A stretch of DNA of 63,579 nt, counting the filler, from Anaerolineae bacterium (GTDB taxonomy: Bacteria > Chloroflexota > Anaerolineae > Epilineales > Epilineaceae), in NCBI GenBank assembly GCA_029262755.1. It is 6 parts of 6 records of this genome, joined end to end, with 100 filler letters (N's around TTAATTAATTAA, not from the genome) between each part and the next. Parts side by side here need not be neighbours in the genome. Positions count along the whole stretch, not along the records: positions 1 to 21,739 come from JAJCYU010000122.1; 5 more parts are not named here. One strand, written 5' to 3'. Within the stretch, counting starts at the first letter, position 1. Every line of letters begins with the position of its first letter. The position numbers and the translations under genes were made by a program. Below, one piece after another: positions 10,513 through 20,186 of this stretch. Under the pieces are notes generated by a model. The model was not told the origin of the DNA and made no database searches. It saw nothing but the letters and a program-made list of their open reading frames with translations.

Positions 10513-10797
10513 ATGGCACTACGCGTAGGATCTCGGGAGCTCAAGAATCAGTTGGGCCGCTATCTGCAGCTCGTCCGCGATGGCGCGACGGTCATCGTCA
10601 CGCACCGTGGCACCGACGTGGCGGAGTTGCGGCCGCTCGCGGACCCACCAAAGGACTTGGAGGCGGCGCTGGATCGCATGGCCGCGGAAGGCCTGATCAC
10701 GCGCGCCAAGAAGGGACGTCTCCAACCGATAGAGCCGATTCTCGGCGATGTCGATCTCACGGCGGCGATCCTTGAAGACCGCGAAGACCGATTTTGA
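10513..10797 (+). CDS. Phd/YefM family antitoxin
   Basis: VGSRELKNQLGRYLQLVRDGATVIVTHRGTDVAEL; 4-nt overlap with the PIN gene. Confidence 0.9.
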   Translation: MALRVGSRELKNQLGRYLQLVRDGATVIVTHRGTDVAELRPLADPPKDLEAALDRMAAEGLITRAKKGRLQPIEPILGDVDLTAAILEDREDRF

Positions 10798-11234
10798 TCA
10801 CCTTCTTCGACGCCAGCGCACTAGCCAAGCGCTATCTTCCCGAGCCCGAGCGTTTGGACGCCGACAGAGTCGCAGCGGCAACGATCCCAGTCATAAGCCG
10901 ACTCACGTTGGTCGAGCTGCATTCCGCGATAGCGCGACGGCAACGTGATGGTACCGTGAGTGGGCTTGAGGCCGGGAAAGCTACGGCGCAGATCTCGGCA
11001 GACGCGCAGATCATCGAGCTCATCGAAGTCGAATCGATCGTGGTCGACCGCGCTTCGAATCTCGTTGATAAGCACTCGCTCCGCGCATCGGACGCCGTAC
11101 AGCTGGCATCATGCCTCATCCTACGGGAGCGGGTCGGCGAAGTATCCGACGTCTATTTCTACACCTACGACCGCCGTCTCGCGCAAGCAGCGCAGCGCGA
11201 GGGGCTCGGGCCGCCACCGCAAGTGCACCGGTAG
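10794..11234 (+). CDS. vapC: VapC family PIN-domain toxin
   Basis: FFDASALAKRY..E, LVELHSA, LRASDAVQLAS, TYDRRLAQAA. Confidence 0.9.
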   Translation: MITFFDASALAKRYLPEPERLDADRVAAATIPVISRLTLVELHSAIARRQRDGTVSGLEAGKATAQISADAQIIELIEVESIVVDRASNLVDKHSLRASDAVQLASCLILRERVGEVSDVYFYTYDRRLAQAAQREGLGPPPQVHR

Positions 11235-11300
11235 CCACCGCGGAGTGATCCCGTTTCGGCTCGCCACGTCGAGCCACCTCCCCTATCACGGAGACCCACC

Positions 11301-11693
11301 ATGCAAGCCGTCGCCCCCTTCACCCTCGACGCCTTCGACCAATCCGAACCGCACGACACCGTGGACGGCGTTGCGCTGGCTCGCGCTGCGATCACCAAGA
11401 CCTTCTCCGGTGACATCGACGCTTCGAGTACCGTCGACATGCTCACCGCAATGGGCGCAGGCGGCGGCGCAGGCTACGTGGCGCTCGAGCGCATCACCGG
11501 CACCGTCCACGGCCGCGCCGGCAGCTTCGTCCTGCTACACGCGGGCACGATGACGCCCGACGACCAATGGGCCACCTGGCCCGTCGTGCCCGGCTCGGGC
11601 ACCGGTGATCTCGCGGGCATCCGCGGCGAGGGCCGCATCGATATCGACGCGGAGGGCGGGCACACGTTCACGCTGGAGTACGAGATCGCGTAG
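11301..11693 (+). CDS. DUF3224 family protein
   Basis: KTFSGDI, YVALERITGTVHGRAGSFVLLH, VVPGSGTGDLAGIRG; GGAG RBS. Confidence 0.85.
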   Translation: MQAVAPFTLDAFDQSEPHDTVDGVALARAAITKTFSGDIDASSTVDMLTAMGAGGGAGYVALERITGTVHGRAGSFVLLHAGTMTPDDQWATWPVVPGSGTGDLAGIRGEGRIDIDAEGGHTFTLEYEIA

Positions 11694-11763
11694 GGCGGAG
11701 AAAAGGGGGGCGTCCGGTGACGATGATTCGCAGCAAGACAAAGCTCCTGTTCGCGATGGTACG

Positions 11764-12303
11764 GTGATCGAATCGCCCCGCGCAGCATACGTCGTCTTGG
11801 CCATCCTCACGGCCGGGCTCTCGGCCACCGCCTACGCCGTTCGCCGCCCGACCACGGCCAATTCGCAGACCATGCTCACCGCTACGCCGACCCACCCGCC
11901 GGGGCTCCCGACCCCTACCCCCAACACAGACACGGTCATCTACTGGCGCTTCGAAGGTCACGTGACCAGCCCCGTCGCACGCGGACCCTTGCGGAGCGTA
12001 CGGATTACCCTGGACGCTCCCCCCGGCATCCCTGCCGCCGGCCGGCCCTATGGCTGCGATCCGCCCGTGTACACCGACGCCGAGGGTCGCTTCGCGCTCG
12101 CCTGTCATTATTTCTTCGCGCTGTCGAGCGTCCGGATTTCCGCCCACCGCAGCGACCACATTGCCGTCGAGCGCTTCATCACCTTCGCACGATGGGACCT
12201 GGAACCGATCAAGCTACTGATGTGGCCTGTCCACGAGCCGACCTTGCACCTGCCCTGGCTCCGCATCTCGCGAGGGCCGGGCGGGCCGCTCGTGACGCCG
12301 TAG
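11764..12303 (+). CDS. Secreted hypothetical protein (carboxypeptidase-regulatory-like beta domain) with C-terminal LHLP motif
   Basis: Signal-like N-terminus, PT linker, TDAEGRF strand, terminal TLHLPWL. Start uncertain. Confidence 0.55.
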   Translation: MIESPRAAYVVLAILTAGLSATAYAVRRPTTANSQTMLTATPTHPPGLPTPTPNTDTVIYWRFEGHVTSPVARGPLRSVRITLDAPPGIPAAGRPYGCDPPVYTDAEGRFALACHYFFALSSVRISAHRSDHIAVERFITFARWDLEPIKLLMWPVHEPTLHLPWLRISRGPGGPLVTP

Positions 12304-12360
12304 CTTGGGTTGCGGGGACCCGAACCGAGTGAGTTGCGCGCCGCCACAGACCCCAATCGT

Positions 12361-12918
12361 CTAAGCCTGCGCTGTCCGCGCTATGTCTCGGGCGAGTTTT
12401 TCGACGTCCTTGACGTTGGGAATCGCGACGAAGCCCATGGATGATGTCCGGGCAAAGCTAGGGTGAATATGCTGGATCGTCGTATCGAAATTCAGGTCAC
12501 CGGAACCGTCTGCACGCTCTCGTCGCAGCGTATCCTTGAGCACCTCGGGCCCGCACGACTGCGCGACGGTCGACCTTCCGCTGCGAACGATGATGGCGCG
12601 CCGATCCGTCAGGACATAGGCCGTGTTCTTCGCCCTCCGAAGCTCCAAGAAGGGTGAAAGCATCATCCAGAATCCGAGCAGTACGAGAAACATCAAAGGC
12701 ACGTTGAAGCCGCCGCCGCCGATCCAGAATAGGGCGAAGCCTGCGAAGGGGATGCCCATGATCATCCTCGGCAGCGAACGCAGTACGAATCGTCGCGCGA
12801 GCGGCTGCCCCACCCACACAATCGTCTCGTCCGCCTCCAACTCTTCCTCCACGAGATTGCGCAACCTAGCCGGCCAATCCCGTAGATCCGACTCGGGGTT
12901 CAGACCGTGGTGATGCAT
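12361..12918 (-). CDS. Hypothetical two-TM membrane protein (bacterial PH-domain-like)
   Basis: ELEADETIVWVGQP, two TM helices, YVLTDRRAII, ADGSGDL. Confidence 0.7.
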   Translation of the reverse strand: MHHHGLNPESDLRDWPARLRNLVEEELEADETIVWVGQPLARRFVLRSLPRMIMGIPFAGFALFWIGGGGFNVPLMFLVLLGFWMMLSPFLELRRAKNTAYVLTDRRAIIVRSGRSTVAQSCGPEVLKDTLRRERADGSGDLNFDTTIQHIHPSFARTSSMGFVAIPNVKDVEKLARDIARTAQA

Positions 12919-12960
12919 TTCGCATTCCCCTGTGTCTTGGCTTCGCGGTAGACCTTCGCT

Positions 12961-13779
12961 CTAGGATCCGGTCTCCTTCCACGCCGCCTTGTCGAGCCAC
13001 CATTCGACGCCGCCCTGCGGCGCGACGCGCGCCGCCGGGAGCGTGACGGCATCCGGCGCGAGCGCGTCCTTCGACTTGCCGGTCGCATCGGGGTGACCCT
13101 CCGCGTTGCGGGCGAGAACCTGCAGCAACGCGCTACGCTTGGACGCACCAGCCGCCACGAAGAGGACCGTACGCGCCCGCGCGATCGCCGGTAGCGTCAA
13201 CGTGACGCGCTCACGCACCGGCGCGCCGTCGGGCGCCGCAACAGCGCGCACCCAGCGCGAGGGCTCGCCCAAGATGTCCTCGTCGCCCGGAAAGAGCGAG
13301 GCCGTGTGACCATCGCCGCCCATGCCGAGCAGCACCAGGTCGAAGGTCGGTGCGACCGGATCGTCGGCGTCGGCGTCGGCGTCGGGGAACAGCGCGCGCA
13401 GCGTCCGCTCGTAGCGCACGGCGACCGTCTCTGCGCTCGCAGCGCCGGTCGGCACCGGCCATACGGTGCCCCAATCCACCTCCAGCGGCTCCAACAACGT
13501 CTCGCGCGCCATGCGGAAGTTGCTGCGCGGATCCGCCAGCGGCACCAGCCGCTCGTCGCCGAAGCACCAGACCACGCGCCGCCAGTCGACCCGCGTGGCA
13601 TGGCCCGCGACGAGCGCCTCGTGCACGTCGCGCGGCGTGGTGCCGCCGGCCAGCGCAACCACCGCGCGCCCGCGCTCGGCGATCGCGGCGGCGATGAGCT
13701 GCGCGATGCGCGCGGCGACGGCGGCGGCGAGCGACGCGCGATCCGCGCAGACGATCACCGGCGGCGCGTGGCGGCTCAC
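12961..13779 (-). CDS. pgl: 6-phosphogluconolactonase
   Basis: LAGGTTP, FGDERLVP...SN, FDLVLLGMGGDGHTASLFPG, RVTLT. GTG 13779 overlaps the zwf stop. Confidence 0.93.
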   Translation of the reverse strand: MSRHAPPVIVCADRASLAAAVAARIAQLIAAAIAERGRAVVALAGGTTPRDVHEALVAGHATRVDWRRVVWCFGDERLVPLADPRSNFRMARETLLEPLEVDWGTVWPVPTGAASAETVAVRYERTLRALFPDADADADDPVAPTFDLVLLGMGGDGHTASLFPGDEDILGEPSRWVRAVAAPDGAPVRERVTLTLPAIARARTVLFVAAGASKRSALLQVLARNAEGHPDATGKSKDALAPDAVTLPAARVAPQGGVEWWLDKAAWKETGS

Positions 13780-15374
13780 GCGTCGGACGTCGATCGCGCT
13801 TCGCCCGATGCGGAATTGCGCCCTTGCGGCGGATTTGCTGGGACGTCCTCGTCCATCACGTCCACGCCCTCTTCGCCCCACGTCCAGCGCTCGATCAGGC
13901 TGTCGCAGGGAGGGCCCCAGCTGCCGGCCGGGTAGCGTTGTACCGGCTCCTCGCCGAAGTGGATGCGCTCCAGGACCGGGGCGTAGAGCTGCCAGCTGGC
14001 CTCGACCTCTTGGGCGTGCACAAAGAGCGTCTGGTCGCCTTGGACGATATCGAGCAACAGCGTCTCGTAGGCGTCCGGGAGCGCGCCGAAGGCCTCGTCG
14101 TAGCGGAAGTCCAGGCGGCGGGTGACCACGCGGAAGGGCTCGCTCGGGGCTTTGACCTCGAAGAAGAGGTCGAAGCCTTCGTCGGGCTGCAGCGTGATCA
14201 GCAGCACGTTAGGCTCGACGGAGCGCACCTGCGCCTCGTCCTCGAAGATCGAAACCGGCGCGCAGCGGAAGCGCACGGCGATGCGCGTGCTGCGCACGGC
14301 CATGCGCTTGCCCGTGCGCAGGAAGAAGGGCACGCCCTGCCAGCGCCAGTTCGCGATCTCGACCTTGAGCGCCGCGAAGGTCTCCGTGCGCGAATCCGGC
14401 GGCACGCCCTCCTCCTCGCGGTAGCCCGGAAGCGCCTCGCCGTCGGCTTCGCCCGCGACGTACTGCCCGAGCACCACGTTTTCCGGCGCGATGGGGCTCA
14501 CGCTCTCCAGCACCTTGATCTTCTCGCGCCGGATGGCATCGGCATGGAAGGTGGTCGGCACCTCCATGGCCACGAGGGTCATCAGCTGCGTCAGGTGGTT
14601 CTGGATCATGTCGCGCACCGCGCCGGCGCCGTCGTAGTAGCCGCCGCGGCCCTCGACGCCGAGCGCCTCGGCCACGGTGATCTCCACCCGCTCGATGCGA
14701 TCGCGATTCCACAGCGACTCGAACATGGCGTTGGCGAAGCGGAACACGAGCAGGTTCTGCACGGTCTGCTTGCCCAGGTAGTGGTCGATGCGGTAGATCT
14801 GCGATTCTTCGTAGTACTCGTGGACGATCGCGTTCAGCTCGCGCGCGCTCGCCAGATCGTGCCCGAAGGGCTTCTCGACGACGATGCGCGTCCAGCCGGG
14901 GCCGTCGTTCAAGCCGGAAGCGCCGAGAGCACGGATGGTCGGCTCAAAGACCTGGGGCGGAAGGGCGAGGTAGAACACCCGGTTGCCCGGCAGATCCTGG
15001 TCGGCCTCGATACGCTGGATCCGCGCGCGAATGCGTTCATAGTCCGTCTCGTCGCCGTTGCCGACCGGCTCGTAGTGCACGCACTCCTCGCACCACGCGC
15101 TCATCGCCTCCGGGTCCAAGTCGCGTGCCTCGAGGGCGCCGTGTACCTGATCGCGGAACGCGGCGTCGTCCAGCTCCGAGCGCGATACGCCGAGCACGCA
15201 GCCGCGGCCGGTGGCGGCGTTGGTCAGGACGTGGTGCAAGGCCGGCAACAGCTTGCGATGAGCAAGATCGCCGGTGGCGCCGAAGATCACGAAGAGATGG
15301 TCGGGAATCTCGACTTGTAGCGCCGCCGGGCCCGCTTCTCGCGCGCCCGCGGCGTTCGTATCGCGCTCTGGCAT
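13776..15374 (-). CDS. zwf: Glucose-6-phosphate 1-dehydrogenase
   Basis: GATGDLAHRKL, EKPFG, RIDHYLGK, WQGVPFFLRTGK. Confidence 0.97.
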   Translation of the reverse strand: MPERDTNAAGAREAGPAALQVEIPDHLFVIFGATGDLAHRKLLPALHHVLTNAATGRGCVLGVSRSELDDAAFRDQVHGALEARDLDPEAMSAWCEECVHYEPVGNGDETDYERIRARIQRIEADQDLPGNRVFYLALPPQVFEPTIRALGASGLNDGPGWTRIVVEKPFGHDLASARELNAIVHEYYEESQIYRIDHYLGKQTVQNLLVFRFANAMFESLWNRDRIERVEITVAEALGVEGRGGYYDGAGAVRDMIQNHLTQLMTLVAMEVPTTFHADAIRREKIKVLESVSPIAPENVVLGQYVAGEADGEALPGYREEEGVPPDSRTETFAALKVEIANWRWQGVPFFLRTGKRMAVRSTRIAVRFRCAPVSIFEDEAQVRSVEPNVLLITLQPDEGFDLFFEVKAPSEPFRVVTRRLDFRYDEAFGALPDAYETLLLDIVQGDQTLFVHAQEVEASWQLYAPVLERIHFGEEPVQRYPAGSWGPPCDSLIERWTWGEEGVDVMDEDVPANPPQGRNSASGEARSTSDA

Positions 15375-15378
15375 CGAG

Positions 15379-16287
15379 CTAGCCTTCCTTCTTCTTGGCC
15401 GCGTGACCGCCGAATTGGTTGCGCATCGCCGACAATAACCGGTCCGCGTAGCTATCCTCGACGCGCGAACGGAGCCGCGCCTGCAGCGCCAGCGTGATCA
15501 CCGGCGCCGGCACGTTGCGGTCGATGGCCTCCTGCACCGTCCACCGGCCTTCGCCGCTGTCGGGCACGTAGGCGGCGAGATCAGCCAGCGAGGCGTCGTC
15601 GTTCAGCGCGCGCGCGATCAAGTCGAGCAACCAGCTGCGCACCACGCTTCCGTGGCGCCAGATCTCGGAAATCTGGTGCAGGTCCAGCGTGTACTCGCTC
15701 TCGTCGAGGATGTGGAAGCCCTCGGCGTAGGCCTGCATGATCCCGTACTCGATCCCGTTGTGGATCATCTTGACGTAGTGCCCCGCGCCGCGCGGTCCGA
15801 CGTGTCCCCACCCCTTGTCGGCGGCGGGCGCCAACGTCTCCAGCGCGGGTTGGAGGAGCGCGACGGCATCGTCGGCGCCGCCGACCATCATGGAGTAACC
15901 GCCCTCACGTCCCCAGACGCCGCCGCTGGTACCGACGTCGACCATCCGGATGCCGCGCTCGGCGAGCATATCGCCGCGCTCGACGGTGCGTGGGAAGTGG
16001 CTGTTGCCGCCGTCCACCACCACATCGCCCTCCTCGAGGATCGCCGCGATTTCCTCCACGACGGCCTGCGTCGGGTCACCGCTGGGCACCATGATCCACA
16101 CCACCCGCGGCGCGGCGAGCCGCGTCCGCAGCTCGGACAACGCTCCCGCGACCTCCGCTCCCTCCGCGCCCAACGCCGCCATCGCGTCGGCCGACCGGTC
16201 GTGCACGACGACCTCGTGCCCGCCCGCCATCAGCCGACGGCTCATGTTGCCGCCCATCTTGCCCAGTCCGATCATCGCCAAGCGCAC
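15379..16287 (-). CDS. gnd: Decarboxylating 6-phosphogluconate dehydrogenase (short YqeC type)
   Basis: GLGKMG, DGGNS, DVGTSGG, KMIHNGIEY, DSGEGRW, AMRNQFGGH. Confidence 0.96.
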   Translation of the reverse strand: MRLAMIGLGKMGGNMSRRLMAGGHEVVVHDRSADAMAALGAEGAEVAGALSELRTRLAAPRVVWIMVPSGDPTQAVVEEIAAILEEGDVVVDGGNSHFPRTVERGDMLAERGIRMVDVGTSGGVWGREGGYSMMVGGADDAVALLQPALETLAPAADKGWGHVGPRGAGHYVKMIHNGIEYGIMQAYAEGFHILDESEYTLDLHQISEIWRHGSVVRSWLLDLIARALNDDASLADLAAYVPDSGEGRWTVQEAIDRNVPAPVITLALQARLRSRVEDSYADRLLSAMRNQFGGHAAKKKEG

Positions 16288-16422
16288 GAGACGCCTCCGC
16301 TCTTGTAGTTGCGTTGCGGTCCGGATTCCTTGTGCTGGAATCGAGATCGCGAGTGTTGATTCAGGACAGCGCCGAGTCGGCGTGTCCGATCCTTCGCACG
16401 GTCGGAGCCGCAGCGCGAGCCG

Positions 16423-18258
16423 TTATCCTGACAACGGCGCGCCTGAAGCAGCCGTGGACGATGTCTCGACGAGCGCCGTGGCCAACGCGTCCAACACCTC
16501 GGCCGCGTCGCCTTCCAAACGCACACGGAGCACGTCGCGCCCTTCTTGTTCCAACGCGGCGCGGTCGCCGTCCGCTTGCGCCGCGAGTAGCCGCCCGAAG
16601 CGGAAGTCCGCCTCGGGCACCGCCATGTCTTCGGCCGGTGTATCCACGATCTGCAGCGCACGGATCGAATCCGGCCCGCCTTTGTGAAGCTGCCCGGTCG
16701 AGTGCAAGAAGCGAGGCCCCCAGCCGAAGGTCGTTGCGTAGCGCCCACGCCGCGTGACGGCCCGGCGTAGCGAGCCCGCGGCGCGGACGACGCCCGATGT
16801 CGTCGCCAAGAAGGCCATCAGCGCGACGACGTCGGTGTCAGCGGAGGCATCGAGCCACGCGGCGATCTGACCGGCGGCCGAGTCAGCTCCGGCCACGTCG
16901 ACGACGATCTCGCGCGATCCGACGGCACTTGCTCCCCCATTATCGCTCACGTTGTTCGCGGACCCGCCGCTGCGGGCCTCGCCACCGCCGGATTCGCCCG
17001 CCCCGTCCCCCGACCCGCTTCCGGTATCGGAACCCGCCATGGCCTTGCGCGCCAGTTGCTTCGCCAACTCCACGTTCGGCTGGTCAAAGGGCTGGACGCC
17101 CATCACGATACCGGCGGTGGCGACGGCGAGCTCCCAGCGCATCATCTCGCCGGCGATGTCCAGGCGGTCGCGCAGCACGATGCGCATCACGGGATGACCG
17201 GCCGACACGAGCCGCGTGGCCGCCTCCTGCGAGAGGGGCGGATCGCCGCCGGCCAGGATCATCTGGCAGAAGACGCGATTGGGCCCGTACTCCGTCGCGG
17301 GGCGCGGCAACTCGCCGGCTACGGGCACAATGCCCACGCCGTCCTTGCCCAGGCTCTCGGCGATCAACTGCTCCATCCAATCCGGAAAGGCGGCAAGGCC
17401 CGGCGATGTCAGGAGCACCAGCGTATTGCGCCCCGCCCGCGCCAGCTCGCCCAAGGACGCGCCGAGCAGCAACGACGGGTCACGTAGGGCCGGCACATGC
17501 GGGCCGCAGTCGGCGGCCATCTGGCGCGCGCGGGCAAGCAACCCGGCCACGTCGGCCCCGATCAGGGCCGCGGGCGCAAGGCCGAAGGCGGAGAGGGCGG
17601 AGTAGCGTCCGCCGACGTCCGGACGCGCGAGCAGCACCGCGCGGAAGCCGCGTTCGGCGCCCAATTGCGCGAGCTTGGAGCCCGGATCCGTGATCGCGAC
17701 GAAGCGCATGCCCGGCTCTGGATCCACCGCCGCGACGTGCGCCCACGCGGCGCGCAGAAAGGAAAGCGTTTCGAGGGTCGTACCGGACTTGCTGGCCGAG
17801 ATGAACCAGCTCTCCGCGGGCGGATGGGCCTCCAGCGCCGCGCGGACGGCCGCCGGATGGGTGCTGTCGAGCACGCTGAGCGTCGGCGCGCCTTCGGCCG
17901 AGCCGTCGGCCGAACCTAAGACGCGCTGGAAGACCTCCGGCGCAAGGCTGGAACCGCCCATGCCCATAAGCAGCACACGCCGCACGCCCTGCGCGCGAGC
18001 CGCATCGGCCAACGCCTGCAACTCGGCCAGGCGCTGCGGCGCCGCGCTCGTTCGCGGTAGCTCGAGCCAGCCGAGGCGGTCTCGGATCGCGGACTGAACC
18101 GCTTCGTCCTCCGGCGCCCAGAGCGTCGGGTCCTTGGCCCACAGCCGACGCGCGACCTGCGCCTCGTCCCACGCCGCGAGACGCGCGTGCACCGCTGCCG
18201 CACGCGCGGGACTCGGGTCGTGCAGCGTCCAGCGGTCCGTCGAAGCAACGGGGTGCAT
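16423..18258 (-). CDS. pgi: Glucose-6-phosphate isomerase (type matching the Pgi half of Tal-Pgi fusions)
   Basis: RLGWL, GMGGSSLAPE, SKSGTTLET, VGGRYSALS, EQLIAESLGK, PFDQPNVELAK, HSTGQLHKGG. Confidence 0.92.
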   Translation of the reverse strand: MHPVASTDRWTLHDPSPARAAAVHARLAAWDEAQVARRLWAKDPTLWAPEDEAVQSAIRDRLGWLELPRTSAAPQRLAELQALADAARAQGVRRVLLMGMGGSSLAPEVFQRVLGSADGSAEGAPTLSVLDSTHPAAVRAALEAHPPAESWFISASKSGTTLETLSFLRAAWAHVAAVDPEPGMRFVAITDPGSKLAQLGAERGFRAVLLARPDVGGRYSALSAFGLAPAALIGADVAGLLARARQMAADCGPHVPALRDPSLLLGASLGELARAGRNTLVLLTSPGLAAFPDWMEQLIAESLGKDGVGIVPVAGELPRPATEYGPNRVFCQMILAGGDPPLSQEAATRLVSAGHPVMRIVLRDRLDIAGEMMRWELAVATAGIVMGVQPFDQPNVELAKQLARKAMAGSDTGSGSGDGAGESGGGEARSGGSANNVSDNGGASAVGSREIVVDVAGADSAAGQIAAWLDASADTDVVALMAFLATTSGVVRAAGSLRRAVTRRGRYATTFGWGPRFLHSTGQLHKGGPDSIRALQIVDTPAEDMAVPEADFRFGRLLAAQADGDRAALEQEGRDVLRVRLEGDAAEVLDALATALVETSSTAASGAPLSG

Positions 18259-18703
18259 GAGGGCTCCTGTCCGGCGAGACGAGGGGGCGCGCGGCCACGG
18301 CCTGACCACACAAGTGCCGATGGTAGGAGCCGCCGCGCGCACGAGTCAACCATGCGACGTCGCGGGACGCGTCCACAACACGCAGCGATCGCCACACCGG
18401 TCCCGAGGCGCAATGCCCGTAGTTCGGTGCGGCGGTCGTTTCCGGTCTCCGGTTCCAGCGTTAACGGTTTCGGGAACAGGGGAGGACCCGTAGCGTGAGC
18501 AAAGCTCCAATCAAAGAGGAAGACGGGCACGCTGAGACCGGGGATCGGGGCCGATTGCAATGCGACGACGGTGTGGGCTGCGATGCGCGTTCGATCGTCT
18601 TCGTCAGCGAGCCACGTCTTCCTGGTGGCAGACTATCACGCGCGTGTCACAGGGCCGTCACAAGGACTCTGTAGCCTAGACCCTTCTCGTGCGCCGCGCC
18701 CGC

Positions 18704-19267
18704 TCAGCAGTCCGCACACTCTCCCTCGCCGCGTGCGATCACGATCTCGTCGCCCAGATGGCGCGCGAGATCATTGTGGATTGCTTTCATCGTGCTGTAC
18801 GGCCCAATCACGTGGGTCGAGATCAGGCGCAGCAGCGGCGAATACACCTCGCCGCGCTCGCGGATCGTGAGGCGCGTTCCTCCGGCCTCGGGTACGAGGT
18901 AGTAGGTCCAACTGCCGCCGAACTGTGCGTTGTCTACGATCTCCACGGTCAGCGTGCTCGGCGCGTTTTCCGACCTCCGTACGAAGTCCATCGGACCCAT
19001 CGAGCCGGTCTCCCGCCACGACTCGTTGCCGTCTCGTTCCGGCAACGCGTCCACCGTCTCCAGGTCCGTCCGCCATACGAGCTGCTGCTCCGGCTCCGCG
19101 AGCAGCGGCCATAGGACCTCGGGAGCGACGCTATAGCGCGCGATGGTGTAGACGTCGTGTTCCGCCGGCAGCGTTGACCCGTAGGCCCACGCGAGTGCGA
19201 ACAGGAAGACGATGAATCCGAAACCGTACGAGAAGAAGCGCATGGGAGGACGGAGAAGGCGCGACAT
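18704..19267 (-). CDS. SRPBCC (polyketide cyclase/dehydrase-like) protein with N-terminal TM anchor
   Basis: LPAEH..., WRTDLETV, FGGSWTY, GTRLTIRERGEV. Confidence 0.75.
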   Translation of the reverse strand: MSRLLRPPMRFFSYGFGFIVFLFALAWAYGSTLPAEHDVYTIARYSVAPEVLWPLLAEPEQQLVWRTDLETVDALPERDGNESWRETGSMGPMDFVRRSENAPSTLTVEIVDNAQFGGSWTYYLVPEAGGTRLTIRERGEVYSPLLRLISTHVIGPYSTMKAIHNDLARHLGDEIVIARGEGECADC

Positions 19268-19334
19268 ATCTTTGCTCCTGTTCCAGGGTCGATGGCCGTT
19301 GCGGATGATTCAGCGCCGTAGCCTGGGCGTACCC

Positions 19335-19922
19335 TTACTTCTCCCACGCCCGCACAAAGTTCTCGTGCGGCACACCCAGGGCATCCGCGATGCGGTTGAT
19401 GTAGTTGAAGTAGCTGATCACCTGCGTTGCGTCGTGGACGGCGCGGTCGTCCAGGCCCACGGTGCGCAGCGCTTCGATGTCCGCGGCGTTCATGGCGGAC
19501 GGGTTGCGTGTGAGCTTTTCGGCGTAGGCGCACAGCGCGGCGGTGACTTCGTCCAGCGACGCCGTGCGCCAGTCGCGCGCGACGGCCGCCACGTAGGCGT
19601 CCGCCTCGACGTCGTCCGTCAGCCCCAAGTCCTCGGCGACCTCAGCACGGAGGTCGTGTGCGTGGGCGCGCACTCAGTAGACGCAGTGGTTCACCGCGCT
19701 GGTGACCACCGCCAGCGTCTCGCGTTGTGATCGCGACAGGGGCGAGGCGCCGAACATGATCGCACCGTAGAAATCCATCGACGCCTTCATGTGGCGCGGG
19801 TTCTGGCTCATGATGCCCACGATGTTCCAGATGCGGCCCGCCCGCTTCAGCGCTGCGTCGAGTTGCTTCTTGAGGAAGCCGGTGGCTTCGTCGTGCGGGA
19901 TCATGCGAATGTGGGAGGACAA
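19335..19922 (-). CDS. AhpD/carboxymuconolactone decarboxylase-like peroxidase-related protein with in-frame UGA (probable selenocysteine, CxxU)
   Basis: ORFs 19674-19922 and 19335-19673 are contiguous and in frame: LSRSQRETLAVVTSAVNHCVY-UGA-VRAHAHDLR...YAEKLT...FNYINRIADALG. AGGAG precedes TTG 19922. Confidence 0.88.
19637..19656 (-). promoter_or_regulatory. Candidate bacterial SECIS hairpin
   Basis: mRNA CGACCUC-CGUGCU-GAGGUCG: 7-bp stem, G at the second loop position, loop begins 25 nt after the UGA. Confidence 0.7.
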
Positions 19923-20186
19923 CTTGGACTCCTAAGAAAGAGGTGCGGGCCTCGTCATACCCTTGTCCGGCTCTCGTACCGTCTCGACCACGGTGGCGCA
20001 TATCCTAAGGCTGATCAGCACGGGTGGATAGCCCAGGGAGACGGCACCGACCTCGCCTTGCCGCGTCGCAGCCGGAACCAAAGACGCCGACCAGCGTTTT
20101 GTGCCGACCTGCCCGGAATTCCAGGCCGGTCCAACCAACGCCGTCCCGCCTCCACCGACGGCGCCTCGCGTCCAGGAGCCCCCGGC

